From Alphaproteobacteria bacterium (GTDB lineage: Bacteria; Pseudomonadota; Alphaproteobacteria; GCA-2731375), in assembly GCA_965225945.1 (NCBI GenBank), contig CBDDBZ010000023.1:17788-81787 (forward strand): DNA of 64,000 bases, read 5' to 3'. Under the pieces are notes generated by a model that saw only the letters and a program-made list of their open reading frames with translations, searched no databases and was not told where the DNA came from. A program made the translations under genes and the position numbers. Shown piece by piece: positions 30,174 to 40,511 of this stretch (positions within the stretch are counted from its first letter, which is position 1; every line of letters starts with the position of its first letter).

Positions 30174-31622
30174 ATGAACAAGGCGGCGCTTCGAGAGCTG
30201 GCCGCAAGGGCCCGGGTCGAGGTCGAGATGACCGCGCATCCCCGCCTCGACTGGATGCCGGAATTGCGAACGCCGGCCGGCGAGCCGCTCTTGGACGTGT
30301 TGATCGTCGGCGCCGGTCAGGGTGGGCTCGCCACCGCGTTCGAGCTGACCCGCCAGCGGGTTCGCAACATCGTGGTGATCGATCGCTCGAGCCGGGGCCG
30401 CGAAGGGATTTGGCGGACCTATGCCCGGATGCCGGAGCTGCGCTCGCCCAAGGACTACAGCGGGCCGGACCTGGGCGTGCCCAGCCTCACCTACGAGGCC
30501 TGGCACCTGGCCCGCCACGGGGCCGAGGACTGGGCGGCGATCCCGCTGATCCGCGCCGCCGACTGGGCCGACTATCTGGACTGGTACCGCGAGACCCTGA
30601 AGCTTCCGGTCAGGAACGAGGTGGCGCTCGTGCGGATCGAGCCGGCCGAGGGCCATCTCCGCGCGCATCTGGCGACGGCGTCGGGCACGGAGGTCGTGCC
30701 CACCCGCAAGATCGTGCTGGCGACGGGGCAGGACGGCCTCGGCCGTTGGTGGATGCCACCCGAGATCGAGGCTCTGCCGGCGCGGTTTCGCGCCCATGCG
30801 GCGGACGACATCGACTTCGCCCGTCTGAAGGACCGGCGCGTCCTGGTGGTCGGCGCCGGGGCCAGCGCCGCCGACAACGCAGCCGAGGCGCTGGAGGCCG
30901 GGGCCCGGGAGGTCCGCATGCTCTGCCGGCGCGACGCGTTGCAGCTCGTGCAGCCGCTCCGCTGGCTCACCTTTGCCGGCTTTCTTCGCCACCTGGGAGA
31001 GCTGGAGGACGCCTGGCGCTGGCGTTTCATGAGCCGGATCATGGGCATGCGGGAAGGCATTCCGAGGCAGAGCTTCCAGCGGATGGCGCGCCAAGTTGGC
31101 TTTCGCCTGACGCTCGGCGCGCCGGTGACGGGGGCTCGTGTCGAGGGCGAGGCGGTGCTGCTGGAGACCCCCAAGGGTCGCCACGCCGCCGACTTCGTCA
31201 TCGCCGGCACCGGCATCGACATCGATCCGGCACCGCGGCCGGAATTGGCGGATTTCGCCGACGAAATCGCCCGCTGGTCCGACCGCTACCAGCCGCCCGC
31301 GGCGGAGCGTGACGCGCGCCTCGCCCGCTACCCCTATCTCGGGCCGAACCAGGAGTTCGTCGAACGGCGGCCGGGGTCCGCGCCCTTTCTCGCCGACATC
31401 CACGACTTCACCATCGCCACGGTGATGAGCCTGGGGCCGGCCGGCGCCTCCATCAACGCCATGACGACCGCGGTGCCGCGCCTCGTGCGCGCGCTCACCC
31501 GAGGCCTCTTCCGTGCCGACGTCGAACGTCACTACCGTTCGTTGCTGGAGTACGACGTCGAGATGTTCGGCTTCGACGAGATCGAGTGGGCAGGCGGCGG
31601 TCCCGAGCATCACCTGGAATAG
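30174..31622 (+). CDS. FAD/NAD(P)-dependent monooxygenase (HpyO-like)
   Basis: IVGAGQGG, W.TYARM..LRSPK, LATG, VVGAGASAADNA, YPYLG. Confidence 0.85.
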   Translation: MNKAALRELAARARVEVEMTAHPRLDWMPELRTPAGEPLLDVLIVGAGQGGLATAFELTRQRVRNIVVIDRSSRGREGIWRTYARMPELRSPKDYSGPDLGVPSLTYEAWHLARHGAEDWAAIPLIRAADWADYLDWYRETLKLPVRNEVALVRIEPAEGHLRAHLATASGTEVVPTRKIVLATGQDGLGRWWMPPEIEALPARFRAHAADDIDFARLKDRRVLVVGAGASAADNAAEALEAGAREVRMLCRRDALQLVQPLRWLTFAGFLRHLGELEDAWRWRFMSRIMGMREGIPRQSFQRMARQVGFRLTLGAPVTGARVEGEAVLLETPKGRHAADFVIAGTGIDIDPAPRPELADFADEIARWSDRYQPPAAERDARLARYPYLGPNQEFVERRPGSAPFLADIHDFTIATVMSLGPAGASINAMTTAVPRLVRALTRGLFRADVERHYRSLLEYDVEMFGFDEIEWAGGGPEHHLE

Positions 31623-31810
31623 TCGAGCGAAGCGAAGGACCTTTTCAAAAGGGACGTACTCTCCTCCGAGACCTCCATCATCGATGTCGCCGGCGTGTGA
31701 TCCGATGCCGGGAGCCGACGGGCCCTCGAGGGTCGCCGGCGGTTGAAGATCACGATCGGAACGGGCAAGCTGCTCGGAGCGAGGGTGAAAGCGAGGAAGG
31801 GGGACGATCC

Positions 31811-32959
31811 ATGAAAGTCGGCATCGCGCTCAATATGCTGCAGCAGGAGGGCCGCTCGGACGCCTCGGTGGTGGCCGAGCATCTGGCGCTGGGCGATCTG
31901 GCGGAGCCACTGGGCTTCGATTCCCTATGGGCGCTGGAGCACCATTTCACCGGCTACGCGATGTCGCCGCAGCCGACCCAGACCTTGAGCTACTATGCCG
32001 GGCGAACCAAGCGCCTGACCCTGGGCACCGCCGTCATCGTGCTCCCCTGGAACGATCCGATCCGGGTAGCGGAACAGATCGCGCTGCTCGATATCATGTG
32101 CGGCGGGCGTTGCATTTTCGCCTTCGGCAGGGGGGCCGCCAGCGCCGAATACGAGGGCTTCGGCATTCCGATGGGTGAAGCGAGGCCGCGTTTTGCCGAA
32201 GCCGCCGAGATCGTCGTCAAGGCACTGTCGAACGAGGTCTTCGAGCACCACGGCGAGTTCTACGAGATTTCCCCGACATCGATCCGACCGCGCCCCGTTT
32301 CGCACCCCGAGCGGCGCTTCTATGCCTCCTCGGTCAGTCCGGAATCGGCCGAGATCATGGCGAAGATGGGCTTCGGCATGCTGGTAGTCATGCAGAACGA
32401 ATGGCAGAAGGCGGCGCAAGATATCTATCGCTTCAACGAAATCACCGCGCGGGTTGGCCATCCGCCCCGAGCGCCGATCGTCCTCACCAATGTCTCCTGC
32501 GCGGATAGCCGCGAGGAGGCGGAGGCCCGCGCGATGCAATTTCTCGGCGCCAAGTGGGACTCGATCGACGCCCATTACCACTTCTCCGACGGTCACCTGG
32601 CGTCGGTAAAGGGCTACGAGTCGTACGGCAAGATGGCCAAGACCTTTTCGAAGTTGCAAGACCCTGAGTTCCGCGAGAAGGCGACGAGTTTCTACGTTTC
32701 AATCCAGATCGTCGGCACGCCGAACGATTGCCTGGAGCAGCTCGCCGAGCTCCAGCGGCTGACCGGGCTGGACCATCTGGTCACCGAGTTCGCCTTCGGC
32801 GGCATGCCGCACGAGCAGGCGGAAATGAACATGCGCCTCTTCGCCGAGCGGGTGATGCCGGTGCTGCATCGCGACCAGACCTTCGCCGAGGTCGATTCCT
32901 CCCGCCCTCTCGCCACGGCGCCCGAGAAGGCGCATGAGGACGTCTTCGCGCCCGCCTGA
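31811..32959 (+). CDS. LLM-class flavin-dependent oxidoreductase (luciferase-like)
   Basis: GFDSLWALEHHF, PIRVAEQIALLD, FGRG, MRLFAERVMP; GGAAGGGG RBS before 31811. Confidence 0.92.
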   Translation: MKVGIALNMLQQEGRSDASVVAEHLALGDLAEPLGFDSLWALEHHFTGYAMSPQPTQTLSYYAGRTKRLTLGTAVIVLPWNDPIRVAEQIALLDIMCGGRCIFAFGRGAASAEYEGFGIPMGEARPRFAEAAEIVVKALSNEVFEHHGEFYEISPTSIRPRPVSHPERRFYASSVSPESAEIMAKMGFGMLVVMQNEWQKAAQDIYRFNEITARVGHPPRAPIVLTNVSCADSREEAEARAMQFLGAKWDSIDAHYHFSDGHLASVKGYESYGKMAKTFSKLQDPEFREKATSFYVSIQIVGTPNDCLEQLAELQRLTGLDHLVTEFAFGGMPHEQAEMNMRLFAERVMPVLHRDQTFAEVDSSRPLATAPEKAHEDVFAPA

Positions 32960-33004
32960 CCGTCCGAGCGAAAAGTCACCGCTGGCGAGGTTTCGGCCAG
33001 ACAC

Positions 33005-33772
33005 TCAGTCGACGAACTGCTCGCGCAGGATGCGTTCCTCAAGGCCGTGCTCGGGATCGAACAGCACGCGAGAAGCGATCGTGCGATCCTCCACGACCTC
33101 GACCCGGACCACGTCGCGGACCTCGTAATCGTCGGCCACGGCACCGACGGGGCGCTTCTCGGAGTTCAGAATCTCGATGACGACGCAGGCATCGCGCGGC
33201 AGCAGGGCGCCGCGCCAGCGCCGGGGCCGAAAGGCGCTGATCGGGGTCAGCGCCAAAATGCCGGCGTCGAGCGGCAGAATCGGCCCGTGGGCCGAGAGAT
33301 TGTAGGCGGTGGAGCCGGCGGGGGTGGCGACCAGGACGCCGTCGCAGACCAGCGCGTCGAGCCGGTTTCGCCCGTCGATCACGATCCGCACCTCGGCCGC
33401 CTGGCGGGTCTGGCGAAACACCGAGACCTCGTTGATCGCCAATGCCTGGGCCTCCGCGCCCCGGACATCGCGCGTCGTCATCCGGAGCGGATGCAGCGTC
33501 GTGGCCTCGGCCCGCGCCAGGCGATCGGCGAGCCCCTCGATGCGGAACTCGTTCATCAGGAAGCCGACCGAGCCCAGGTTCATGCCGTAAATCGGAATCG
33601 ACCGGCTCATGTGCTCGTGCAGCGTCTTCAGCATGAAGCCGTCGCCGCCGAGCGCGACGACCACCTCCGCCACCTCGGGCGGCACGGTGGCATGACGGGC
33701 GGTGATCTCCGCGAGCGCCACCGCGGCTTCCGGCGCGTCGCTCGCCACCACGGCGATCTTCTCGAAAGGCAT
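33005..33772 (-). CDS. nadK: NAD+ kinase
   Basis: [43 protein letters not shown]. Confidence 0.95.
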   Translation of the reverse strand: MPFEKIAVVASDAPEAAVALAEITARHATVPPEVAEVVVALGGDGFMLKTLHEHMSRSIPIYGMNLGSVGFLMNEFRIEGLADRLARAEATTLHPLRMTTRDVRGAEAQALAINEVSVFRQTRQAAEVRIVIDGRNRLDALVCDGVLVATPAGSTAYNLSAHGPILPLDAGILALTPISAFRPRRWRGALLPRDACVVIEILNSEKRPVGAVADDYEVRDVVRVEVVEDRTIASRVLFDPEHGLEERILREQFVD

Positions 33773-33920
33773 GGTCAAACGGCAGAACAGCGAGGCCTCG
33801 GGCCCCAATAGCCGGGAGTATATCCGAGCCGCGCGACGAGGCCAGGGGTTGTTGCCGGCCGCTTTCCGCGGCGCGCATAATGGCGCCGAGGCGAGGGGGG
33901 CGGTCCCCCGGGAGAACGGC

Positions 33921-34400
33921 ATGGGTATCTTGCTCGCCATCCTTTTGATCATGGCGGCGGCGACGTCCGGAGGCGCCGATGCCGGGACGGCCGACCGGCA
34001 CGCCGGCTACTACTACCCCGAGATCACCAGCTCCGAGATCTATCGCGCCCGCGCCCAGATCCTGCCGGACGCGTCGCGCGAGATGCGTATCGGCTTCATC
34101 GTGCTGCAGACGGCGGAGCAGGCGAAACGCCCCTATCCGCCGCGTTTCGCGATCTTCGCCAAGGGAGAGAAGGCACAAAAGCTGATCATTGTCGGCCTCG
34201 ACGGCGAGAGCTTCCGCACCCTCTTCCGCGCCCGGAGCGTGCTGGCGCAACTGACCGCGCGGGCCCGCGGCACGGAACTCTTCCGCAATCTCGCGGTCGA
34301 GGACGTCTTGACCTTCTTCGATCTCGCCCGAATGCTCGGTTTCGAGCAGATCACCATCACCGATGGCGAGCTGTTCGCGCATCGGATCACCATGAAATAA
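33921..34400 (+). CDS. Conserved alphaproteobacterial exported hypothetical protein
   Basis: Signal peptide, [30 protein letters not shown]; commonly found next to moaA/nadK. Confidence 0.7.
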   Translation: MGILLAILLIMAAATSGGADAGTADRHAGYYYPEITSSEIYRARAQILPDASREMRIGFIVLQTAEQAKRPYPPRFAIFAKGEKAQKLIIVGLDGESFRTLFRARSVLAQLTARARGTELFRNLAVEDVLTFFDLARMLGFEQITITDGELFAHRITMK

Positions 34401-34480
34401 CGCTCGCTCCGCCAAGCTCGGCGACCCGGCTCGATGACTATCGGGCGTGGCGGCGGCCCTCGAGGGAGAGAGCGGAGGCG

Positions 34481-35467
34481 TCAGCCGCCGGTGACGCTCA
34501 TGTGGCGGGCGACGGCGGGGCGGTTGTCGCGCCGGCTGATGACGAAGTCGTGACCCTTGGGCTTGCGCCCGATCGCCTCGTCGATCGCTTCCGACAAAAT
34601 CGCCTCGTCGTTGGCGCGCAAGCTCCGGCGCAGATCCGCATCGTCGTTCTGACCCAGGCACATATACAGCATGCCCTGGCAGGTGAGCCTGACACGGTTG
34701 CAGGATTCGCAAAAGTTGTGGGTCATCGGCGTGATGAAGCCGAGGCGACGGCCGGTCTCCTCGATCCGGACGTAGCGGGCCGGGCCTCCGCTCCGATAGT
34801 CCAGATCGCTCAGCGTCCAGCGTTGTTCCAGGTCCGCCCGCACCACCGAGAGCGGCAGGTACTGCTCCACCCGATCGCCGCCGATGTCGCCCATCGGCAT
34901 GGTCTCGATCAAGGTGAGGTCGAAACCTTCCTCGCCACACCAGGTGATCATCGAATCGAATTCGTGCTCGTTGACCTCGCGCAACGCCACCGCATTGATC
35001 TTGACCTCGAGGCCGGCGCTCTTGGCCGCCCGCAGGCCGTCGAAGACCTTCTCGATCCGGCCCCACCGCGTGATCCGCTGGAAGGCTTGCGGATCGAGAG
35101 TGTCGAGCGAGACGTTGATGCGCTCGACCCCGATCGCCTTCAGCTCTTGGGCGTAGCGCGGGAGCTGGGTGCCATTGGTGGTCACCGTCAGCTCGTCCAT
35201 CGCGCCGCTTTCGAGGTGCCGGGCGAGACGGCGGAACAGCCACATGATGTTGCCCCGGACCAGCGGCTCGCCACCGGTCAGTCGGATCTTGCGCACGCCC
35301 TTGGCGACGAAGGCGCTGACGAGACGATCCAGCTCCTCCAGGCTCAGGACCTCGTTCTTGGGCAGAAACGTCATGTCTTCCGCCATGCAATAGACACAGC
35401 GGAAATCGCATCGGTCGGTGACCGAAACGCGGAGATAGGTGATGTCCCGGCCGAACGGGTCGATCAT
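34481..35467 (-). CDS. moaA: GTP 3',8-cyclase (molybdenum cofactor biosynthesis)
   Basis: [36 protein letters not shown]-terminal TGG. Confidence 0.97.
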   Translation of the reverse strand: MIDPFGRDITYLRVSVTDRCDFRCVYCMAEDMTFLPKNEVLSLEELDRLVSAFVAKGVRKIRLTGGEPLVRGNIMWLFRRLARHLESGAMDELTVTTNGTQLPRYAQELKAIGVERINVSLDTLDPQAFQRITRWGRIEKVFDGLRAAKSAGLEVKINAVALREVNEHEFDSMITWCGEEGFDLTLIETMPMGDIGGDRVEQYLPLSVVRADLEQRWTLSDLDYRSGGPARYVRIEETGRRLGFITPMTHNFCESCNRVRLTCQGMLYMCLGQNDDADLRRSLRANDEAILSEAIDEAIGRKPKGHDFVISRRDNRPAVARHMSVTGG

Positions 35468-35601
35468 GCGAACACGAGCCTCGAAACGTCACGATGTCGC
35501 CGACGGGCCACGACGAGGCATCCTCGCCAGCGAACCTGGCCCCTAATGTCGTCCCCGGCGTGCCCGGGGTCAAGGGCCGAGTTGGGCGGAGTCGAGGGGG
35601 C

Positions 35602-36857
35602 TCAGGGATTCAAGGTACCGACGAAGTGCCGGGCGCTTTTCAGCGCGCTGTCATGGCGCCAGCGGCGCAGCGCAAGGCGGGCGCCCTCGAGGCTCAAATC
35701 GTCATAGAAGTTGAGCAGACGCGCGACCGTGCCGTCATCCCTCGCGCCGGAGCCGTCGCGCCCGTGTGCGCGAAGCTTCAAGACCGCGGCGTAAGCGGCC
35801 CTATCGATATCCAGCGCCCGACAGACCATCGCCAGACCTTCCCCCCCCCCCCCGTCTCGTAGAGCATGCGGCGCAGCACTACCGGGCGAAGCTCGGCGAG
35901 TTTCGCCAGCGTCAGCTCGAACAACCTGATCCGGCCCTGCTGCAGGGCGCCGAAGGCGAAGGCAGGGGTGAGTTCGCCGGCGGCATGGAGTTTCTCGATC
36001 AACCGCTCGCTCGGATCTCTCCCCTCGCCACGGGCGGAATCGGCGGCGGCGACGTCGTGCATGGCATCGGCGATGGCATCGTCCAGGTCCGCCGAATCGA
36101 TCTCGAAGTTGTGGACGATCTCGTGGCGAAGCGCCGCTGATACCCACGCCAGCATGCGCTCCGCCAGCTCGCGTGGCAGGTCCTCGCGACGCACCAGCGG
36201 CCCCTGATAGGCCTCGACGTCACGTGACTCCTCGGCGATCGCCGAGAAGGTCTCGGCTGAGATGTGCGCCGACCGATTGTTCAGCAGGGCCACCACGACG
36301 TCGCTATTGCCGGTCTTGGCCAACGCCCGGCAGACGTCCTCGCCGATGCCGTTGCGGATCGCCACGGCCATTTGATGGCGCCAGGTGTGATGGCGGACGA
36401 GTTCGATCAAGTCGGGGTCGCGCAGAACCGAACTGCGAACCAGAATATCGTGCGCCACCTCGCCGGCGTCGCGCGCCAGCATCATGATCAGATCGCGAGG
36501 TGCGTCGGGGCGTACGGCCAATCGTTTCGCCAGTGCCGCGCGCACGCGAATTTCCACGTCCCGGCTGAGACGCCGCAGGATATCCAGCATCATCCGACGC
36601 TCGTTGGGATTGAGCACGTCGGCCTCGTTCCCAAACAGATCTCCGATCGCGCGATAGAGCTCCCGGCGGCCTTGCTCGGAGTTCTGTCGGGCCAGCATGA
36701 TCAGACGACGCGCCTGTTCGTTGGCGCCGACGTCGGACCCGCCGAGCGCGGCGGGATCCCGCGAGATTGCATCGGCCATCCGAGCGCTCCTCGAGAATGT
36801 CCAATCCGCTGCCGGACCGCCGTCGTTCTCGGCGGCGTGATCCGGCCACTCCGACAT
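35602..36857 (-). pseudogene. DUF2336-domain protein, frameshifted at a C13 run (35841-35853)
   Basis: VRAALAKRLA..APRDLI..LARD..VA..IL..S.VL.D.DLIE, ALLNNRSA.IS; C-terminus GEGLAMVCRAL lies in another frame. Confidence 0.82.
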
Positions 36858-36871
36858 CTTCGCCGCCTTCG

Positions 36872-36887
36872 GTTAAAAGATTCTTGA
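36872..36887 (-). promoter_or_regulatory. CtrA-like box upstream of the DUF2336 gene
   Basis: Minus strand reads TCAA-gaatctt-TTAAC, one mismatch to TTAA-N7-TTAAC. Confidence 0.4.
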
Positions 36888-37239
36888 AGCCGCTGTTCAC
36901 CATTGATTCACACAAATGCGCCCCTCGAAGCACGCCCCCGGGCTCACCGGATCGATCCCGGCGAATGTCGGGATCGCCGCAAGGTGCGGTCCCGGCGAAG
37001 GGAACCGTCGCGTCCGCGCCCTTCGGGGTCCCCTGGCGCCGCCTGCCCCGGCTCGCGCCGAGGGTCGTGGTTCCCTAGCCGCGGCCTTCACTCCAAGGTG
37101 GCGGGTCGTGAGGGGGAGCCTTCACGGGCCGTCCCCTATCCGACATGGGACGGGGCCGGGCCAGGAAGCCGGGCTGGACAGCTCCGAAGCCAGCCCGCAT
37201 GTTGGCGAGCGAGGGAAGCCGGATGGGGAGGAACACGCG

Positions 37240-37533
37240 ATGAGCATGGTCGCGCTCGTGGTCACGCTGGACGTAAAACCGGAGCATTACGAAAAATTCC
37301 TCGAGGAAATGGCGGCGCATGCCGGGCGCAGCCTGTCGAAGGAAGATGGCTGCGTACGCTTCGACATCTTGCTGCCGAAGGACGGAGGGACGCGGGTCAT
37401 GCTCTATGAGCTCTATACCGACCAGGCGGCCCTCGACCTGCACGCGGCCTCCGATCATATCGCCTACTTCCGTGATCTCTCCAGCGACATGGTGGCGAAT
37501 CGCGAGATCGTCTACACGACGCTCCGCGACTGA
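37240..37533 (+). CDS. ABM / LsrG-like putative quinol monooxygenase
   Basis: EDGCVRFDIL, LYELY.DQAALDLH..SDH; GAGGA RBS. Confidence 0.88.
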   Translation: MSMVALVVTLDVKPEHYEKFLEEMAAHAGRSLSKEDGCVRFDILLPKDGGTRVMLYELYTDQAALDLHAASDHIAYFRDLSSDMVANREIVYTTLRD

Positions 37534-37892
37534 CCCAACGTCGCCTCGGCCGGAATCGCGCGCGATGGCACCGATCGGCTATCCGACCCGGATCGAATTC
37601 GCTTTCGGCGCCGCCGAGGGCGGCGCCGAAAGCCCGGCTGGGAACGCCGTTGAGCCTCGCCGAGATGGGTGTCGGGGCGGCGACGATCGAGCCGCCGATC
37701 CCACATGCCGTCGCCGGCCACACGAGGGCGACCAACCCCCGCCCCTTGGATGGCGGGGTGTACCCGCGGCTCTTCGCCGAGGCGCTCGGCTGAAACCGGT
37801 GGATCGCTTTGAGTTACACTCGAGAGTGGTCAAATCGCTTCGGGCGGACTACCTTGCCCCACTCGGGCGAGAGAAATATCGGAAGATCGACG

Positions 37893-38259
37893 ATGGCAAA
37901 AATTCTCGTCATCGAGGACGAGGCGGACTTGAGGGCCATGCTACGGGTTCTCCTCGAGAAGGAGGGCCATAAGGTCGACGAGGCGGCGAACGGCCTTGTC
38001 GGTCTCAAGGCGCTCGAGGGCGAGACGGTCTACGATCTCGTCGTCACCGACGTCCTGATGCCGGAGGAAGACGGCATCGCGGTCATCAAACAGTTGCACA
38101 CCCTGCAACCGACGGCGCGAAGCCTCGCTGCCGGCGAATTGGTCGCTCAAGATCATGCAGATGTTCGGGGTCGACGCGACCCTGCACAAACCCTTCGATC
38201 ACGACGAGCTGATGCGGATCGTCGACGACCTCCTGGCCAGTCCCAAGCAGGCTGAATAG
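37893..38259 (+). pseudogene. Single-domain response regulator with internal deletion/frameshift at ~38120
   Basis: KILVIEDE, DLVVTDVLMPEEDG; the beta4 IIAISG-type segment is absent; ASLPANWSLK..LHKPFDHDEL continues in another frame. Confidence 0.82.
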
Positions 38260-38430
38260 CGGAGCATTGCCGGTCGCCCGGGCGCGGCTGACCCGTCCAG
38301 CAATAGTGACGTCCCGTCCCAAGCCGCCCCGGGGCCGCAATTTCGCCGTTTCGAGAATGTGGAAAATTACACGTGAAGCGAAGCGAGGGACTGTTGCCGG
38401 GGACCGATGACCGAAACGAGCCTTTATCTA

Positions 38431-39455
38431 GGCTCAATTCGTGAATTGTATGCGTCACCTTGTTACGGCGGCGGCGAGGCAGGCTCGGTCATTGGCGCCG
38501 GGGGTGAGGCCGACGAGGTGGAACCAGCTCAGGTAGTTGTCCAGATAGCGGGTGGCGATGCCGCGGCGGGGACGCAGGAAGTCCTTCAACCGGCTGTGGC
38601 GGCTGTTCACCGTCTGCACATGCAGATCGCCCCGAACCCGTTCCCCCATCGAGCGGTTGAGTGCTTCGTGGCTCACCCCGAGCGCGGCGGCGCACGGTGG
38701 GTAGCTCGCGCCGCCGTCGGAGACCAGCAGGGCGTCCTTCGCGACCACCGGGTCGAGGGCAGCCGTGAGCGCCGCCGCATCGACCCTGGGCAGCACCGCG
38801 CTGACCGTCGTTCCGCTCCGGTCCGCCGCCATGAGAACCGGTACCTGCTCGCGCGAGAGGCCGCGCTTCTTCGCCTTGCCGCCCCGCCGCCGTGCCTTGC
38901 GCCCCAGCCCGCGCGCGCCCTTCCGGCTCTCCAGGACGTAGGTCTCGTCCGCTTCCACGATCCCCTTGAGCACCTCCGAATCGCTCCGCGCCGCCGCCAG
39001 AAACCGGTGACGCCAGCGGAACGCCGTGCTCACCGCCACGTCGCAGCGCGCCGCCGAGGCCTTCACCGTCTCCCCCTTCGCCAGCGACGCCCCGAACGAC
39101 AGCCAGCGTTCCTTGTGGTGCAAGCCCGACAGCGGCGTACCGCTCAGCGCGTTGAAGGTCCTGCCGCAGCCCTTGCACTGGTAGCGCCGCAGACCCCGCG
39201 CCATACCGCGCGAAACCGCCCCTTCGCTCGCGCAGTGCGGACAGCGCCGGGCCTCGTCCACACCAAGCTCGATCGCGGCCTTCGATGCCTCGCCCTCGCT
39301 CCGGCCCGACAGCACCGCGAGCGCCTCGCGCCGCTGCGCGCGCGTCAGCCCGCGCGCCGCCGAAAGCCACACCTGGAAACCCTTGCCGTCCATAACCCAA
39401 CCTCCTGACGTTGCAGGCACTCTATCACTAATGCATACAATTCACGAATTGAGCC
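38431..39455 (-). mobile_element. IS1595-family element, copy 2 (complete, 1025 bp); TSD TTTATCTA
   Basis: 23-bp IRs ggctcaattcgtgaattgtatgc / gcatacaattcacgaattgagcc; TSD at 38423-38430 and 39456-39463. Confidence 0.97.
38455..39393 (-). CDS. IS1595-family transposase
   Basis: Protein nearly identical to 13759-14697 (GLTPG versus GLAPG). Confidence 0.95.
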   Translation of the reverse strand: MDGKGFQVWLSAARGLTRAQRREALAVLSGRSEGEASKAAIELGVDEARRCPHCASEGAVSRGMARGLRRYQCKGCGRTFNALSGTPLSGLHHKERWLSFGASLAKGETVKASAARCDVAVSTAFRWRHRFLAAARSDSEVLKGIVEADETYVLESRKGARGLGRKARRRGGKAKKRGLSREQVPVLMAADRSGTTVSAVLPRVDAAALTAALDPVVAKDALLVSDGGASYPPCAAALGVSHEALNRSMGERVRGDLHVQTVNSRHSRLKDFLRPRRGIATRYLDNYLSWFHLVGLTPGANDRACLAAAVTR

Positions 39456-40511
39456 TTTATCTAATCCGTCACGGCCACACGATGTGGAACGGGCCGCCGG
39501 TCCGCATGCAGGGCAATCGGGGGGATTCGCACCTCTCGGCGCGCGGCCACGAGGAGGCTCGCGCGCTCGGCCACCGGATGCAGCACGTCGACCGGATCGT
39601 CTCCAGCCCCCTCGCCCGCTGCCTGGAGACGGTCGATTGCCTGTTCGCCCGAGCGCCCGACGCGACCGAGCCGCGCCTTGCGGAAATCGACGTCGGCGGC
39701 TTTACCGGCCGTTACGCCGAGGAGATCGCGCGAACCGACCCCGAAGGCTGGCGGATCTGGCGGGAATTGCCGCCGGACGGCCGGATCGGCGGTGATGGGG
39801 AGACCATCGTCGAACTCCAGACCCGCGTCGTCGCCGGCGTGACGGCGGTGCTGGACGGCGTGGACGCGGGCGAACGGGTGCTGATCGCGACCCACGGCGG
39901 CTGCCTCAGGGTGCTCGACGCCCACGTTCGAGGCTGCGCCGTCGCCCCCTTCTCGACGCGTAGCATCGCCAACCTGACGCTCTTCCGCCTGACCCGCCGG
40001 GCCGACGGCGCCATGATCATGGACGCCGTGGTGCCGGAAGAGGCCGGCTGATTTCGCTGGCCCGCCTTGCTTCCGGTTCCGCACCTATCGCGCGGGTGCA
40101 AAATCGCCGCCGGGCGCACTAAACCCGGATTTCGGCGAACCGGCGCGGCATTCGAGCCCCGCGACATGACAAGGTGACGCCCGATCCGGGCCCTTCGCGG
40201 GCGAAAACGACGAGTCGCCGGCAGTATATCTTAAATTCGGAATATGAAGATATCGATCAAAGCATTGGAATGAATTGGCTTTCTTGAGCCGCGTGCGGCC
40301 GGTGGGATTTCGTTCTGCAAATTTCTTCGATTTTTCTATTTTATATCCAATATACCGTATTTGCAGTACTATTAATAAATGATCGATTCTCTCACCCCCG
40401 AGATGCGCGCAATATGGGTCAGTGGAAATGGCTGCCCCTTGACCGCTATGCAAAATGCAAGACCTGACCCCCCGCGGTGAGCATTCACCTCTTGCGATAT
40501 TGATTCTTATA

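Larger units (their letters stand above)
38407..40051 (+). pseudogene. Histidine phosphatase (phosphoglycerate mutase family) with IS1595 inserted after codon 8
   Basis: MTETSLYL | IS | IRHGHT, SSPLARC, LAEIDVG, GET, THGG. Confidence 0.88.

Noticed and set aside
13697-39455. Composite transposon formed by the two IS1595 copies
   Set aside because: Each copy has its own distinct TSD inside a different gene, and the enclosed region includes housekeeping nadK and moaA
40085-40453. 122-aa ORF in the AT-rich patch
   Set aside because: No RBS, no motif, and codon usage unlike the genome; cannot be supported
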